A stretch of 64,000 nucleotides of DNA from the human T2T-CHM13v2.0 reference genome, Homo sapiens. The number at the start of each line of letters is the position of its first letter. Position 1 is the first letter of the stretch. The stretch is from NCBI RefSeq assembly GCF_009914755.1, contig NC_060925.1; one strand, 5' to 3'. This document shows, in pieces, positions 40,299-56,339 of this stretch. Below the pieces are notes generated by a model. It made no database searches. It was not told where the DNA came from and saw only the letters and a list, made by a program, of their open reading frames with translations. The translations under genes and the position numbers were made by a program.

Positions 40299-40318
40299 GA
40301 GAATACGTACCTTGGACA

Positions 40319-40558
40319 CAGTCATTCCCCAGTATACGCAAGGGATTGGTTCCAGGACCCCCACATACACCAAAACCCATGCATACTCAAGTCCTGCAGT
40401 TGGCTTTGCAGAACCCATGTACACAAAAAGTCAGCCTTCCATATATGCAGATTCTAAATATTGAGAATATTATATTTTTGATTTTTGCTTGGCTGAAAAG
40501 AAGTCTGCATGTAAGTGGACCTGTACAGTTAAAGACCATATTGTCGAAGGGTCAACTC
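40319..40558 (+). mobile_element. MER8 (TcMar-Tigger MITE)
   Basis: CAGTCATTCCCCAGTAT...GGGATTGGTTCCAGGACCCCC...GAAGGGTCAACT, ~240 bp, followed by TA. Confidence 0.85.
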
Positions 40559-42169
40559 TACTTTGTATTTCAAGTGCACCTAACCATGCCTTGGTATTCA
40601 GTTGCTAGTGAGAAGGTAATGTATTCAGGACGGCAGTTAGGCCTCATGAGTGCTGGCCACTCTATCTCACAGAACTTCTCAGAGTCCAACAGGATTCTGG
40701 AAGCTTTTCACCATGAATTGCCATTGTATGGCATACAAAAACATAACATATTCCTGCAGAATAAAGATCTATGGATTTTGTTAAGTCTTCACCAACTGTT
40801 TTATATTTTATCAGCCTAAACACAGAAGAGCCTTTTCAACAGATGGATTACATCAGATTCTGTAAACACTGTAATTGTTTGGCAGGATTACTGCTTACAC
40901 TGAAAAATGTAATTTGCAAAAATACACAGAGACGACACATACCCAATATATACAGTGACAGTTTGTGCTGTAAAAGAGGTCTTGTCATATGCCTTCTGTA
41001 CAGTGCTCATTAACTAACCAAATCCAGAATTAAGCAGCAATTATCTCCAACATCTCAGACTGCTGTTTCTCTCATTTTACTGTTTCCTGGGAGTTTGAGA
41101 AATGAAATGAAGCACATCTCTCATCCCTTTCTCCCCAGCATATTCATAAAGACAGACCATGGAGGGCAGCCAAGTGACACAGTGTTATAGTGAAATCAGC
41201 CCTTTTAATTAGGTGCGGGCAGAGCAGATATTTTGCTTTACTAAAACATAAGCATCCTGTAGTTTAGGTGGTTTCACAGTCATTGCTCAAGATTTACAAA
41301 GATGCTGGTCTATCTGGCAAGGTATTCTTCTCAGATGATTGTTCTGGGAATGAATCAGAGGGCTTGGGAAGAAAACATCTTAACTTACATAATTTCATCA
41401 GCCTCCCATTTTCACGGAGTATTTTATAGCTAAACATCAAGGAAGGAAGAAATTGCGAGTAAATCAATCTCAGGCCTGCTGCCAGTAGGAGGAAGAAAGG
41501 CAAACCCAGGTCCATGGGAAGTTTGTGGCTGAAGGAAGAGCCCTCCATTGGAGACCTTCAAAGCAATTGTGGGGTTATCATGTCAATACTTAAAGGCCTG
41601 CTCTGTGCCAGGCACTAGGCTAAGCGTGTTACTCCTTACATTGAAGCTTCAGTGATTTTGAAGTGAGAGAATTCAAGTTTGGAGGGCTATAATGTCTTGC
41701 CCAATATGACTAGTCAGGTCTGGATTCAGTCTTGGTTTTGCCTAGTTTCTAGGCGCTGAACCTATGTTGAGACAGGTTGTTTATATTTCTAAATTTGTTT
41801 TTGACAAGAGTTCAAAGGCATTCCTGATGTCTCAAAAACTTTTGCAGCCCACTAGGAGGACATTGTATTTTCTTTCCCTTGAATACTCCAAATTGAGGAA
41901 TGGTGAAGAGGCAGGAGGAAAACAAAAGGATATGCTGATTAAAAACAAACTCATCTTAAAATATTTGAAGAGTTCTTCCAATTGAGAGAGTCCATGGCCA
42001 AACTTTGTGGCAGAATGTTTTTTGTCCACCCAAAGATAGATTAAGTTGCATCATTACGTACAATATTGCTTCAATGTTTTGATTATAAGTAGTAATCCAA
42101 GTCTGAGATTCGAGGTTTAAAAATATAGAAAAATGCAAAGAAAACTCAGTCCAAGTAACTACTATTAAC

Positions 42170-42900
42170 CTTGAGACACTGTACTAAGTTATCATGTATG
42201 TAGAAAAGTATAAAATCCATTAAGTTACAGCTCAGTGAATTAAAGCAAAGTGAAAATCTTTGTGTAACCACATCTCCCGAATAGCTCAGAGGACATTACC
42301 TAGGAGGTAATCATACTCCCCATAGATCACTACCCTCTCCTTCCTTCACCTTGTAACCATTATTCTGAAGATTTCTAAGCTATTGTTTAGTTTTGCCTGA
42401 GTTCAAGTTTTGTGCAAGGAGAATCACATCTTTGCTCAATATTGCTTAATTTATTCACATTGCTCCATGTAGCTATAGTTCATTTTGATTGTTGTATGGT
42501 ATTCTGTTACATGGGGTTAACGGATATAGCAAATAATTCAAATTTAACCTGGTGTCCTGAATTTTAGGTAACTTTTGGTGTTAATGTCCTATGCTATTTG
42601 CAACATAATTACATTAAAAGATATTTACCTAAAATTAAGATAAACATCCTCTATTTCATCTGGCAAACCTAATTTTATGACACAAAATTTAAGAAAGAGT
42701 CTACTTTTAAATTTTTGGATTGTTTCCAAGCTATTGGCTATCATATATATGCTTCTATGAATATTCTTATTTTTGTCTCTTCATTGTTGATTTTACAGCT
42801 AATTTCTCTTTTCAATATGCAAATATATTTAATAAAAATGCTGTCAAAATTTTATATGTTCTGAATGTTAAATATTTTTGTTGGATGATTGTATCATACT
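42170..42900 (-). mobile_element. L1ME-like 3' fragment containing a MER53 MITE (~42512-42671)
   Basis: TAAGTTACAGCTCAGTGAATT...TGTGTAACCAC. MER53-like termini GGGGTTAAC.GATATAGCAAATA ... ATCTGGCAAACCTA. Confidence 0.6.
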
Positions 42901-43029
42901 TTTGCCATAACTTAACAATTTCCCTGTTGTTGGTTATTTAGATTCTCTAGTACAGTTGTGTGGAACTACTCTGTATAGTTTAGAGAGCACTGGAGAAGTA
43001 AACAAAAACATAGCTGCAGAACAAGCAAA

Positions 43030-43640
43030 ATAGTGTTTGATCTGCCTCCGGCTCCATTTTCTAGGGAACATAAGCTCACACATTGGAGATGCAATCCCAA
43101 GGAAGCAAGAATGAAGGGTAGAAGTGGGGAAGAAAGGAGGAAAAGCACATAAAATGTGGGGTATTACTGAGCTGGCCATGACTTCAAAAAAGCTCTGTAG
43201 CCAATTGCTTAGTCACAGGTGAGTCCTAGAGAAAGGCACATGGACCCCCTAAATTTGATGAAGGATGAAATGCTTCTATTTCTTTCCTACAACTCTTCAA
43301 AGTGGGACTCGTGGGGGTGTGAGCTCTTCCACGCTTCCACGCTTCCATGCTTCCACGCTTTTGGATAATCTGGCTCTGCTGTTAGGACACTAGGGAAGCC
43401 AAATCCTCTGTGGTTGCAATCTAGTTAGATCTAGGCAGTGGAGCTTCTCATCACCCCCAGACAGGAAGGGAGATGGAGGTCTTGCAGACTGTCAATCTTT
43501 GCCTGGGGGACGGAGAGACAGCCAACTGTGATAGAAAGCAGGCATTCACTCAGATAGGTGAAGTTGTCACTGTGGCTGTAGCAGCCTGGGGCAAAAATCA
43601 GGGGTCATAGGGCAGGTGGGGGCTGATCTGAAGTGGCACA
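43030..43640 (-). mobile_element. Old ERVL-type LTR (LTR16-like)
   Basis: GGAGATGCAATCCCAAGGAAGCAAGAATGA...TTACTGAGCTGGCCA; similar to 24340-24830. Confidence 0.45.
43326..43360. repeat. 8-bp tandem repeat (CTTCCACG)x4
   Basis: CTTCCACG CTTCCACG CTTCCATG CTTCCACG CTT. Confidence 0.9.
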
Positions 43641-43733
43641 TAAATCAAAGTTGTACTTGATCTCCAGGGGATAACAGGAAATGGGTAGAAAACAAGCCAA
43701 ATACCAGTTGTGGCTATACAAACAGTTGTACAA

Positions 43734-44600
43734 ATGAACCAATCATAATCCACATCCTGCCCCCCGCCCCTCTCCCCCGTAAAAACACGAGTCCCAAACA
43801 CCATAATCCTGAATGTTGAAATCTTGAAAGCTCAAACTCCCTAAAGTCTAAATAATCTTGACAGATCAAAATATCAAATTCTGGAAGAAAAATGAGAAAT
43901 TTAAGGAGATTTACATTTATAAAGGAGGATTTGAGAAACAAAACCACAACAATACTTCATAGGTCACTTTACACAAAATAGGCAATAACCTAACATTTTT
44001 CGCAAGCATGAACACTCAGGTGTACTAGTGACAGTTGCCTGGGTATAACAGTTATGAGCAGAGGAACCATGTTCATAAAGAAATAGGTCATAAAGTGAAA
44101 TATGTAAGTGCATATCACTTACAATTGTGTGCATCTGAGTTTATAATTTTGGTTATCTGAAATACCATGGCAGATAACTCAAGTTTTCTGATGAGATCAA
44201 TGAAAACCCACAATGGGTCACAACTTCATATGCAGTCACTCTTAGAGCTGAGGTGGAGAAATTTTATCTTTCACAAATATAGATGTACAAAGAGGACATC
44301 TCTTCATTTATTAAGTTTCAGTGTTTACACATACTAATTACACAGCTAATGTGATAACTTTCATGGAGTCAAACTTGCAAAAATATATGTTAGAACTCTA
44401 GAATTATACAATTTATACCTTCAGTATTGGAAATGATGCAAAGATGATATACATAGCATAGCAAGCTGTAAAAATTAATGGTAACATTTTAAAATAATGT
44501 AATTGAATTTTAGTAACTTGTGGGATTTTGATCCTTCAAGATTCTAACATTTGGCATTATGGCATTTGGAGTTTTGTCTTTCAGGATTATGATCGAAACC
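43734..44600. mobile_element. Ricksha (MULE/MuDR) non-autonomous DNA transposon
   Basis: Long imperfect TIRs: left ATCATAATCC...CCCAAACACCATAATCCTGAATGTTGAAATCTTGAAAG; right CTTCAAGATTCTAACATTTGGCATTATGGCATTTGG...GGATTATGATC. Confidence 0.75.
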
Positions 44601-44969
44601 TGCACAAACGAATCTAGCCTCTATTTGTATTTTACTTATTTTTCCAACATTTTATGAAATTGATAAATATACAGAAAAGGTGAATGATACAGCAAATACT
44701 GTGTCTATAACCTAAATTCTACAACAAGTATTTGTTCACTTAATGCAACATTTTAGAAATGCATTGCCTAGTTTTAGAATCAGACATTTTACCTCTGAAC
44801 CATGTAAGTTAAAGAATTCCACATTTGTATAGTATCAGTTAAGATACATCATGAAATAAAACTTGCCATGTGAGTTTTGAAAGGGGTATATTCCTATAAC
44901 CTAGAACTCAGTTATCTGTATTTCTATCATGGCTAATAGTTGAGCATTTGTGTGCTCATTAGCTTTTTA

Positions 44970-46065
44970 AGAATGTTTTTAGTTGACAATTGTATTTATG
45001 GGCTAAATATATAATATCAGGCTATAATAGCCTATAGTCAGGCTAATTATATCACTATACACATTTCTTTTTGATGAGAGTTTTGAAATATGATATATTA
45101 GTAACTGTAGTCATTATGCTGTGCAATAGATCACCAGAACTTCTTCCTAACAACTTTGTACCCTTTGACCACCATCATCTTCCATCTCTCCATCTACCAC
45201 CCCTGCTCAGCCCCTCTCAACCACTATTCTATACTCTGTACTTCTACGAGTTTGACCTTCAGATTTGAAATAAGTGAGATCATGTGGTATTTGTCTTTCT
45301 GTGCCTGGCTTTTTCACTTAGCACAATGTCCTCTATGTTTATCCAGCTGTTGTCAATGGCAATTCTCTTTTTAAAGACTGAGTGGTATTGTAGTGTATAT
45401 ATACAACTATTTGGCCATTTACCCATTGATAGGCACTTTGGCTGTTTCCATACATTGGCTATTGTGAATCATGTGGCAGCGGATGTGGGAGTGCAGATCT
45501 TCGACATACTGATCAATTCCTTTGGATATATACCAAGTCAGGACTGCTAGATCATATGGTAATTCTATTTTTAGTTTCAGGAACTGCCATACTGTTTTCT
45601 AAAATGGCTATATTAGTTTACATTTCCAGTGTATGAGGGTTCCTTTTTCTGCACCCTAGCCACTTTATCTTTTTGATGACAGCCATTCTAACAGGTATAA
45701 GGTGATCTCCTGGTTTTAATTTGCATTTCCTGGATTAAGGATGTCGAGCATGTTTTCACATATGACAAGTTGTATGTCTTTTGAGAAGTGTCTATTCAGA
45801 TTATTTGCCCATTTTTAAAAAGGGTTATTTTTGTTATTGCATAGTTTCAGATTAGTGTTTTGGATATTAGCCCCTTATCCTATTATTTGCAAGTAGTTTC
45901 TTCTGATCAGTGGGTTTTTCCTTCATTGTCTTTTTCTGTGTAGAAGCTTTAGTTTTTTGCAATCCCATATTCTATTTTCGCTTTTGCTGCCTGTGCTTTT
46001 GGGGTCACATCCAAGAAGTCACTGCCCAGACCAATGTCATGAAGCATTTACCGTATGTTCTCTTT
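44970..46065 (-). mobile_element. L1MA-type 3'UTR and ORF2 end
   Basis: ATAAGTGAGATCATGTGGTATTTGTCTTTCTGTGCCTGGCTT; TTTTGAGAAGTGTCTATTCAG; CCCAGACCAATGTCATGAAGC. Confidence 0.88.
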
Positions 46066-47947
<1,882 letters not shown>

Positions 47948-47949
47948 CT

Positions 47950-48740
47950 GGCTATTTCTGTGGCTGTCTTTGAGAAGTCTCCATTCAAATATTTTGCTGA
48001 GTTTGAGCTGTCTTTTTATTGTTAAATTTGGGAATTTATTTTGGTGTTCTGGATATGAGTTCTTTGTCAGACATACGTTTGGTAAATATTTTCTCCTGAT
48101 TTATACCATGACTATTTTCTTAATGATCTTTTTTGGTGAGAATGTCCGATTTTGATGTGTTGTATTTTTATAGGATTTCATTCTGTTATCCTTTTTTAAA
48201 AAAACAATCCTTCCTATCTCCAAGTGTAAAGATCTTAGGTTTTCTAGATGCATTGTAATTTTAAGTTTAGTTGTATAATCCATCTGGAACTAAGTTTTCT
48301 GTACGATGTGACATGGGGTGGGGGTTGAGGTTTATTTTTTCTAAGTGGATGTCTGATGATTTCCAGCACCACTTACTAAAAAGATGACTTTTGACAAAGA
48401 TATAAAGTTACCATTAAGTACGGACGAATGTCTTAACTTTGACCTGTTTATTCTTATGTCAGTGCCACACTATCCTGATCACAACAGATTTATAGTAAGA
48501 CTTGAACTCAGTTGAGTCCAAGTTTTAAGATTGTTTTGGATATTTTAGGTCCTTTGGATTTCCATGTGCATTTTTAAATAAGCATATTTATTTTTACTTA
48601 AAGAGCCTAGAGGAGTATGACTGAGATTGCATAGAATTCATAGGTCACTTTGGGGAGAACTGAGAACTTAATGTTGAGTCTTTCGATGAATGAGCATGGT
48701 CTCTCTCTCCATTTGCTTAAGTCTTTAAAAATTTATTTCA
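47950..48740 (-). mobile_element. Old L1M(D/E) ORF2 fragment
   Basis: TTCCAGCACCACTTACTAAAAAG; GAGATTGCATAGAATTCATAGGTCACTTTGGGGAGAACTG. Confidence 0.75.
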
Positions 48741-48833
48741 TTGGCATAACACTTCCAGAACGGCAGAGTAAGGACCTATGAAAAATCCAGACCTTATCAA
48801 AAGTAATAACACTCGCAAAAAATTGTCAAGATC

Positions 48834-49133
<300 letters not shown>

Positions 49134-49224
49134 GTCAAAATCAACTCTAAGAACTCTGGAAATCAAAATCTGCAACAATTTGAGGAGTGTTTAAGAAAAC
49201 CAGCAAGAATCTGAGAAGTATTAA

Positions 49225-49532
<308 letters not shown>

Positions 49533-50169
49533 ACAGCTGAATCTTGTAAGAACAGCAGACTCATGCTTTGACATGTCCTGTTTCCATTTCCTTTCCCCAA
49601 GATCCAGGGTAGTGTAGTAAACCAAGAACTTCATAATCATGGTTGCCAGAAAAAATAGCCTAGCACTGAAGGGGCAAAATGGGATTGGCTTCTTCCCAAA
49701 GAGACCAGTTTCTAGACTATAATTATTTGATCTATCTGGCAATTTCCTGGAAATCTTCAATCATAGGAATTGTCTTTATTGAACCTGACTTAGCTTAATC
49801 TTTGCAAACAGCTTTTTCCCTAGGGCATTTATCAAAAATATCATTTAACATCTGTAGTAGTGATAACAGTTGGGGTAATCAAGCAGCTGGCCAAACTTAA
49901 GGAGTTGGGAAATGACATGCTCATAAAGAGTTTAAGAAAGCTCCAACATATTCCTGAGAATCTAGAAGGTGACACACATGTTCAGAACTATGCACACGCT
50001 AAGAGTTGTATGCATTCTCAGGAGGACCCAAAAAGGTCTGAATTTCCAACTAGCCTTGAGGCTCTGCATGAGCAGGAGCTATGGCTAAGGCAGAGTTGTA
50101 AACTGCTTGGCAGAGCATTGAAGGCATGTCCCAAATTGGACTCAAAGCACAAGGGCACTGAAGTTACTA

Positions 50170-52530
50170 GATGACAGCCGTTGCTTGATATACAGTGAGA
50201 TTCTTACTGTGTCCCCTAATGAAAGATTGGCCTTCTAGTAACAAGAGCCTCTGAACCAAGACCACAGGGTTTCAGACTGGAGACAGGTTACCAAAGTTGG
50301 TCACAGGAAATGATAGAAGTAGAGCCACTCTTTTCCATTCCTAGCCTCCATGTATTTTTGCTATTGGTGATATAGAATCATTATATGGTTATCAATTTAG
50401 GTTATATCCTACTATATGATTAAGAATCCTCCCAGGATGATCATCTTTAAGCTGTCATCTTGGCTGTACTTTTAACAACAGGCTATTCTATCATTTCATC
50501 TAGCCTGGAGCTCTGGGTGTTCCATATGGAATAGTACCAGTAAGCCCCATGGTCATGTGCTCATGGCCAGCCTAGTTTGCTGTAATGTGAATCCCTTGTT
50601 CCATTATTTTGTCACTGGACCAACATTCTATGGGCCTTAGATAGGTGGTAATAGTCAAGACCCTTCTGGCAGGAAAGGCAAACCTTTACCTGGAGTATGT
50701 GTCTATTCATATAAAACAAACTACCAAATGACCAGCAGGTCTCTACAGGTGGTGCCATATTCAGAGGTTCAGAATGTTTTAGTTGCTTGTAATTTGTGTA
50801 TTTTGTGGTACCAGTTGTTAGAATAGCTTTGGTGAATGGGAGCCGATGGTTTGGGGCCCATGCATAGACTTAATTTCTGTCACTAGCTATTCTACTCATG
50901 GACTTATTAGGAAAGCAGTGATGTCAAGTGAAAGAGCCGTTCTGTATACTTTATTGTAAATATTCTCTGTGGAAAGCATTCTATAGTGGATATTAACATG
51001 TCATAGGAAAGTCTTCGTGGTGTCCACTCTTGTAAGTATGTCCATGTGCCTCTTCCCCAGACCTTCTTCACACTTATCTTCCAATACTTGTTGTTTTAGG
51101 TCCCTCACCAGCTAGCCAAGTCACTACTGTCCATGATTCTGTGTATGTTGTAAATTACGTATTTTTCCCCACTAAGTATGTCTACATGTGCTACTCAATG
51201 TTCTGCCCATTGGGATGATTTCTCTCTCAAGTTATGAGTTGAGCTATAGTATAGTAGCAGTCCTTTTTTGCTTATACCTCCATATGGGATGACCCATATG
51301 GAGACAAGCTTTTTTTTTACTTCTGTCAATTGGTCATAAGAAATCCTCTACATGTCCATAGGTGTGAGTGGAGTAAGTGCTATCAGTAGAATGTTTGTGA
51401 ATGACATGGTGGTCTGAGCCAAATAATTGTGTACTATGGTTTCCTTGTGTTCAACTGTGTGTTCCATTTTTTGATGGATTACTGCTGGGCCTACCTGAAC
51501 TTATTACTTGGTGAGTCTGATAGAAACCCATGTGGGATGGGCAGTTCTAGGGGTCCCTCAGCATTCAATATAAGATGCTTCATCTTTAGCGGGTCCAATA
51601 GCATGCCAGGAGCTATTTTTTAATAGTATACAGTTCTCTGCTATGGAAGGCATACCCTTGCTGTAACACAGATCTATGTTGGATTTTTATTAGAACATGC
51701 CATAAACTCTACATGATATTTTTCTGCCATCACTGACACTTCTAATGCCATAGGATCTTCTAGGTTGTACGGTCCAAGCAGCAGGGCCCTTTCCAATTCT
51801 GTCATTCAAAGCTGGCAGCCTCTTGTGTCATCCAATATGTAGGTCAGAAAGTTACTCTCAAGGGTAGCATATGCTGCCTTCAGATCCTGAAGAGACATGT
51901 CAGCCTTCATTCTTTCTTCAATGTAAGGATGTCCTTTACTCTGGGGGGATGTCCTGGTATGTCCCACAATTCCTGGACTGCTAAAAACTTCAGTGAAGTG
52001 ACAGACCCATGTGTCTTCATAGGTTTTAATTCTCACACTTTGGAGTTCCTATGACAGATTTACTGCTTGTTTATCTGGGCCAATTATATGATATCATTGA
52101 TATAGATAACTAATGTGATATTCTGCGGTGTCCAGGTATACCAGGTCCCTTCAGACAACATTTTGACTGCAGATATAGTAGTGGAGATCGCCCTGGGACT
52201 ATACGTGTATGCTAATGTATCCCTGAGGCTGTATAAACCTGTATAGCAGATACCTCATATACTTCAAGATTATAGTGTCCACTTCATTTCTCCTGGATCT
52301 TTCCAGGATCCTGACTTTTGTAGTGGTCAGACTGATTTAGTGGAGATGTGATGAAATAGTGGAATTTAATTTTGACAGTAATGTCATTTCTTTTCAGGGC
52401 ATAAATATTTTATTTTCTGTCTTAACCATTAGAGGGTGAGCTTTGGAATATTCTATTTGGTCTTCTTCACTATAATCTTTTATTCCGTAGGCTAATATGA
52501 CTGTATTAGAATTGTGGTCTGCTACCACTA
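50170..52530 (-). mobile_element. ERVL-class pol fragment (pro/RT-RNase H-integrase), decayed
   Basis: Reverse-strand ERVL motifs in colinear order: TATCATTGATATAG (YIDD-like, ~52091), CATATGCTGCCT.CA (FWRQHI), TTCTATCATTTCATC/GCTGGAGC (IN 'PEAAGLIE'). Confidence 0.8.
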
Positions 52531-53251
52531 AGGTTCCATGATCTCTTAAGACCCTATACGTCTAAATTACTTAGGGTGTATTGCAGCTTGCCAAAATTCC
52601 AGCTATCCAACAGCCTGGATTTGAATGGAGCTAGTACATGTCCCTCTATCCAGAATAGAACTTTGCTGCTAAAGGGACAAGACAAGAAACTATGGAACTT
52701 GAGCCTAAGTCAAGGTCTTCCTTTTACTTAAAGCCACCCTGGATATTTTGGAATGCTCAGAAATGAGTCAAAACAACTTCATTTCTTCAATATAGATGCT
52801 TATAATCTGCAGGGAGACCAGAATATAAAACGTATCTGCTAACTCTAGAAAGGTTTGGCCCTTCTCCAATGTCATGTATAGTGACAACCCTATATTCTGC
52901 CAAATCTAAATTTTCAGAAGTGGAAAAATTGAGTTCATGTAATTGATAAATTCTTCAAAAATTGCTAACACATTGAATGTATTACCTATAAATGGCCTTA
53001 TCAGTGTGGATATTATCCTTAATACTATGAATTTCCAGCAGTCACACTGATGTGCTTATAGGTATTAAGTGCCATTCAGTCAGATGTTATAATTAGAATG
53101 GGCCTAAATGAAGATAACTTATCAGGTATACCATATTACCTAACCATGTTAAATAGATGCATACACAATGTCTATTGTAAAGAGAATTTGGATTTTTTGA
53201 ATACATAACATACATTATGTGTAAGTATAACATACATTAAGATAAAGAACA

Positions 53252-53328
53252 CAGTGAGCCAAGATTGCGCCACTGCACTCCAGCCTGGGTGACAGAGTGA
53301 GACTCTATCTCAAAAAAAAAAAAAAAAA
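53252..53328 (+). mobile_element. Severely 5'-truncated Alu (last 60 nt plus poly-A)
   Basis: CAGTGAGCCAAGATTGCGCCACTGCACTCCAGCCTGGG...A-tail; perfect 13-bp TSD AAGATAAAGAACA (53239-53251 / 53329-53341). Confidence 0.95.
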
Positions 53329-53777
53329 AAGATAAAGAACATCACATTCAAATTATCAGATTTGGCCAGTATAAAATTCAGTGAAAACTAAGCATGAGTA
53401 CTAATATTCTTTGTATATTCTGCTACTGTGCTATACAGTTAAAATGTTAAAATTTACGTTTCTACATGAAATTTGTATAGCCAGTTCTAAGATATGGCAA
53501 GAAAGAGTCAACATAAAATCTAAGTGATTGCCTAATAACAGTGTTCAGATAAGAGTTGAAACTGCTTTGCAAGTCTAATTCTCTTCATTAATTTGAGGGA
53601 CACAGCTTGAGAAAGAAAGTCTCCAGAACAGGCAAAGCAAATCATGGATTTGGAAAGCACTGATCCTGAATTTCTCTGAGAATGTGCGTTGATAATTCAA
53701 CCCAACAGTCTTGATTCATAGAATAATATATTGAGATCCCAATGTTGTTCTAAGTGGCATCTACCATTGGTCCCTGA

Positions 53778-54149
<372 letters not shown>

Positions 54150-54151
54150 TG

Positions 54152-54800
54152 ATTGTGTCACCCATGGAGGTGTGTAGATGGCCTCTAGCTTCCATACCTT
54201 CAGGATCTACTTCCATGTTCATGTCAAGGCCATATTCTTCCCAGGTTGCTCCCAGTCTAAGTCTTAGGCCTGCCCCATACAGAATTCTGCTGTAGGGCTC
54301 CACAGTGGCCTGTGTGAGATTGAGCTGTAGCTCAGTTAGAGGTTCTTTCTACTCAATGCTTCTGCCTTCTCCCACTCTTCCTAATAGGTATAAACCTTCA
54401 TGACCATTCTGAAGGCTCTCCCACCTTCTACTACCTTATCATTTAAGGGCCATTTTCTAATATGTCCAATTCTATTTTGGTGTCTTTTCAGAAAGACCTA
54501 GACTGACACACATTGGTAAGCTAAGAGTAGCAGAGTTAAATATGTAGGAGTTTGTCCTTTGGTGCCCATGCTGGTGATTCCTAGAGTACAATCTTCTATG
54601 CTGGCAGTTGCAGATGAAGACAGGAGAGATGGCCTCCAGGAGGCAGGTTTCTCTTCCAGGTTCCTGCCAGGTACGACTATAGAATGAAAAGCACATTTGA
54701 GGGCTTGTCTTTTTCTCTACCAGACCCAGCAAGAAATGATTCCAAGATCACCTAGCTGATCTCATGCTCTATCTGGATTTGAGTGAAGATATACATATTC
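54152..54800 (+). mobile_element. Old ERVL LTR (to ~54510) with adjoining 5' internal sequence
   Basis: LTR end GTGTCTTTTCAGAAAGACCTAGACTGACACA followed by TTGG...AGAGTAG PBS-like sequence; diverged. Confidence 0.45.
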
Positions 54801-56339
54801 ACCAAGTCTTGACTCAGTCACCTTTTGTGCAGGTAAGCATTGGTGTCTGTTCAGTTGGCCCACAAATCTAGGTTTCTTCAAACATTGGTATATGCCCTGC
54901 TCAGGTTTTACACTAAAAGCCTGGAATTGCCGTGACCCTTAGAATTACTTTTAGCTTCGATTCTATAATATTAGAGAGAATTTAGTACTCACTAATTATA
55001 AGGTTTATGACCAAAAGGAACCTGTGTGTATCAGATGAATTTCTATACTACTTCAGGAATATATGAGGATATGATACCTTTATTAGCTTGATGTAAAACC
55101 CTTTTGGTGATTATATGGTAGGAATTCACATGCCTCCCAGATTCTTAGACCTCCTGCCTTCCGTGTCCTCCAGTACCCTGCTCAAAAAGAGACTGACCAC
55201 TGCCATCATATTTCAGCACCAACTGCCTCAGCTTGTCCTCAGCCTGACTTGGTGTGACCCACCTCACTCCACCCTAGGCAGGGGCTGAGGCAGGTTCAAC
55301 ACTCAGGCTGGACTCTAGCAGGCCCAGAGAAACTATGGCTCTTCTCACATTTTCATACTCAAATGAAGCACTGTCATGTCAAGTGTGAAGCCTGGCTGCC
55401 CCAGTGGGCTTCTGTCTGTTTCGGGTAGAAAGATTCTTATTTAAAAATTGGTTCTTGCTTAATTGGCTGGTATCAGAAAGTGAATACAACCTTATGCCAT
55501 AATGACAATAAACTCAAGGAGTAAAACTTAAGTAGTAAAATGGAAACTTGAGACTTAGAAGCTTCTGTCTTAAGGAAATACCTGGACTTAAAGTGAGGGA
55601 TGGAACGGGGTGTGGGGGGGGTGGGGAAGCACACAGTCAGCTATCAAAGTGTGCTAATACCCAGGATGATGTGATCCCCACAAACCCTTAATTCTTGGCA
55701 TGGACATAGATCACCAAGTCAGAACAGGGAAGAAGTTCCTCTAGTACTTTTGTGCAGAGTGTGGGGATCTCTCTAGTTCAGAGATATGATGGAAAGCCAT
55801 AATTTAGGTACTGACAGCTGCTCTAGCCAGGTAAAGCAAAACAGACTGGATGAGCTGAAGGGAAAGGTACAGAGTCAAAGTGGGGAAGTAGGAGGCTTGT
55901 CTCTGTCTCAAAAGATCAGAGGCCTCCAAAAGTCGCTGCAGAAAAGAGAAGCAGCACTTGATAATTCAGTCAACTGAGTATTTGCATCCTTTTCTGCATG
56001 CTTATTACACTTAAGTTGAAGTAGAAAAGCATCTGTTTGCTAGTCTGCCTTAGAAGTCAGATCTGAAGGATTATCTAACTGAGGAGTAAATAGTCAAAGG
56101 AATAATCAACCAGCATGTTCCCTTTAGGCACCAGCCTCAAGGTGGCTAAATTTCTCAAATGGAAGGATGACAGGCATTTATTTGTCTAGTAAAGAAATTT
56201 GAAAGCTTGAGTCAGAAAAACCAATTCCAAACTCCTGAAAATTTTGTTTATATACTACATTGAAAGTTAACAGGTGGAGACAAATCTCAGCTAATAGGAG
56301 ACAAACTGATGTCTAAGTCCTCTTGCCTCTCATCTTTTG

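Noticed and set aside
40346-40819. 157-aa ORF
   Set aside because: Starts inside MER8; no recognisable protein; consistent with chance
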